Positions 62,085 through 64,000 of a stretch of DNA of 64,000 nt are shown piece after piece. The stretch is from the NCBI GenBank assembly GCA_030390025.1, contig JASTWF010000379.1:372001-436000 (forward strand), in the 5' to 3' direction. The notes below the pieces were generated by a model. That model saw nothing but the letters and a program-made list of their open reading frames with translations. It ran no database searches and was not told the origin of the DNA. Numbering within the stretch: position 1 is the stretch's first letter; every line of letters starts with the position of its first letter. The stretch comes from Squalus acanthias (lineage: Eukaryota). The position numbers were made by a program, and so were the translations under genes.

Positions 62085-64000
62085 GGGGAAAAAATTTGGT
62101 AGGTTAGCACCTCCCGTTAGCACCTGCAGAGGGTGGTAACAGGGCGCTGATGTAGTAGCCCCGGGGTGAGGCAAATCAATTGCCGCACGGCAAATCCGCA
62201 CCCCCCACCCCCCCCCGCCCCGTTGCGTCACCGGTACGAGGTACCACCGGGGACTTCAATGCCAGGCAGATCGTGACATCAGTGAGCATGCAACGCTCAC
62301 TGGGCGCCCGATCTGCAAAATTCATTGTTGCCTCTTACCTTTGCGCCTCACCCAGACAGGGAGAGCAGGCGCACAGCTGCTGGATGCTGGCTCCAGCAAT
62401 GTTATTTAAAGGCATCAGCATTAATCACTTGCAGCTGTCAGGGCAGGTTAGTTTCAGTGGTTTCTTGTCAGTTTCAGCTAGTGGAGCAGTTTGCATGAGT
62501 AATTTCAAGCTTCTTTTTTATCAGCAGTCTTCTGGCAAGTGCACAGTGGCTGTTCGAAGATTCAAACTGCTGCACCTGGCAACATTAATGGGGGCTGTAC
62601 TGGTGCCACCTTGCCCTCCAGGATCTACAGAGGAGGGAGCGTAGGCAGCGGGAAATACGGGAACATGTGCGCAGATGGATGAGGAGGGACATCAGGGCTC
62701 TCACCAGGTGGCCTTACCCTCTGAGGGTATTCCGACAGCACTTCTCCTACCTTCAGTTAAGCAAGGAGCAGTGTATTAGACAGCTCTGCATCAGCAAGGT
62801 GGTGGTCACAGAACTCTACCACCTCCTCCAAACAGACCTCCAGCCTCACACCAGGATGACTTAAACCCCAGATATGTTTTGCTCACCACATGCCCATCAT
62901 ACCATCCCTGTGTCATGCCATATCACAGCATCCTCCTGGGCGCAAAGGTGAAATGAGAGAGACCACAAAATATTGCAAACTCCATTAATAAATTTATGCA
63001 TAAACATATCACACATATCACATTCGTTCTAATAACTAATGACCCTTGTGCCTGCCATAGTTGAATAGCTGTCATTGTGTGCAAGGCGTGAGATGTGGGT
63101 ATGAGTGTTGGTAGGTAAAGATTGTTGGTGGGTGAGCACTGGGGGTGTAGTGCTTTGGGCAGTGTGTGAAGCTTGTGATACAGATGGTGGTATGTTGCAT
63201 TTGTTGAAGCATTCAATCACCCTGACCACCCGACTGAGGTGGATCTGCCATGAACACACCTGCTTCAGTCCTCCGGCTCCTTCTCCTTGTTGTGCTTCTC
63301 CTTGCTGAGGCAGCTGCACGGCCAGCAATGCTGAGAATGAGGTGCTGCAGTATCAATGAACCTCCCCTTTAAGTACTGGGAAAAGCCTGTGGCAATGATG
63401 GCTGCGATTTCCCCTACCTCAGCGGGTCCGGTGAGGTCAGGGTCGGTGGCGAGTTGCGACCTCGCTGCTGGCTCCAGCCTGCTGTCCAAAGTGATCCTAT
63501 GTTGATTGGCGTTTCCCGGCCAATTGAAGGAAGCAGGTCTGATGACATCACTTGATGACGCGTCATTAGCCAGTTTCCTTAATGGGACCATGCGCAAATT
63601 TATTTTGACAGTTGTGCTCTCAGTGTTCTACAGCATTGAGGTGCTGCAAACACTGACAAGCACTACACAAAGGTGCACGCCTGCACCCAGGCTCTCTCAT
63701 GACTCCCTCCATATGCTTATGGAAGGAGTCACAGCACACATGGAGGTTCTCTTCCCTTCCCATGGGTGGAAGAGACCTCCCCAGGAGATCAATGCAGCCT
63801 GGTTGCACATTGCACAGGAGGACACAAGCAGGGATGTTGTTAGGAGGACCAGGCTGCAGTGGCGCAAACCTTTCAATGATCTCAGTAGATCACGAAACAT
63901 TACTGCAAAGCCACACTCAACCTCATCCTGCTGTGCCTCTCATCACATCCCCATCACTCTGCCTTCCCTACCCTACTCCTGCACATCCTTACTCACACCA
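62085..64000 (+). mobile_element. Degenerate PIF/Harbinger transposon (transposase and Myb/SANT fragments), running off the window
   Basis: Terminus ggggaaaaaatt...cctcccgttagc. 62690-62860 RWPYPLRVFRQHFSYLQLSKEQCIRQLCISKVVVTELYHLLQTDLQP is HARBI1-like N-terminus. 63680-63899 PAPRLSHDSLHMLMEGV..EVLFPSHGWKRPPQEINAAWLHIAQE..SRDVVRRT..QWRKPFNDL is Myb/SANT-like. Confidence 0.75.

Overview
Vertebrate nuclear DNA, almost certainly a shark (chondrichthyan), judged from SacSINE1-like Deu-domain SINEs and shark-type CR1/L2/RTE LINE tails. The window holds the 5' five coding exons of one minus-strand AP-2 transcription factor gene, most likely TFAP2E, with TFAP2B as the alternative. The exons are 54510-54536 (MLVHTYAAM), 53363-53824, 45429-45489, 13997-14222 and 13435-13553, all GT-AG and splicing in frame (895 nt). 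Exons 6-7 were not found and probably lie left of the window. From about 41 to 60 kb the sequence is CpG-rich and almost free of transposons, like a methylation canyon. The rest is dense with LINE/SINE remnants, several nested and with target-site duplications. It also carries many GC-rich TIR elements with 3-bp TSDs, plus a degenerate PIF/Harbinger element at the right edge encoding transposase-like and Myb/SANT-like fragments. The most interesting unexplained structures are a degenerate palindrome of about 400 bp in intron 2 centred on an octamer, and a duplicated motif-rich block of about 400 bp in intron 3. I see no evidence of a CRISPR array or other prokaryotic system. Family assignments come from remembered sequences, not a database search.
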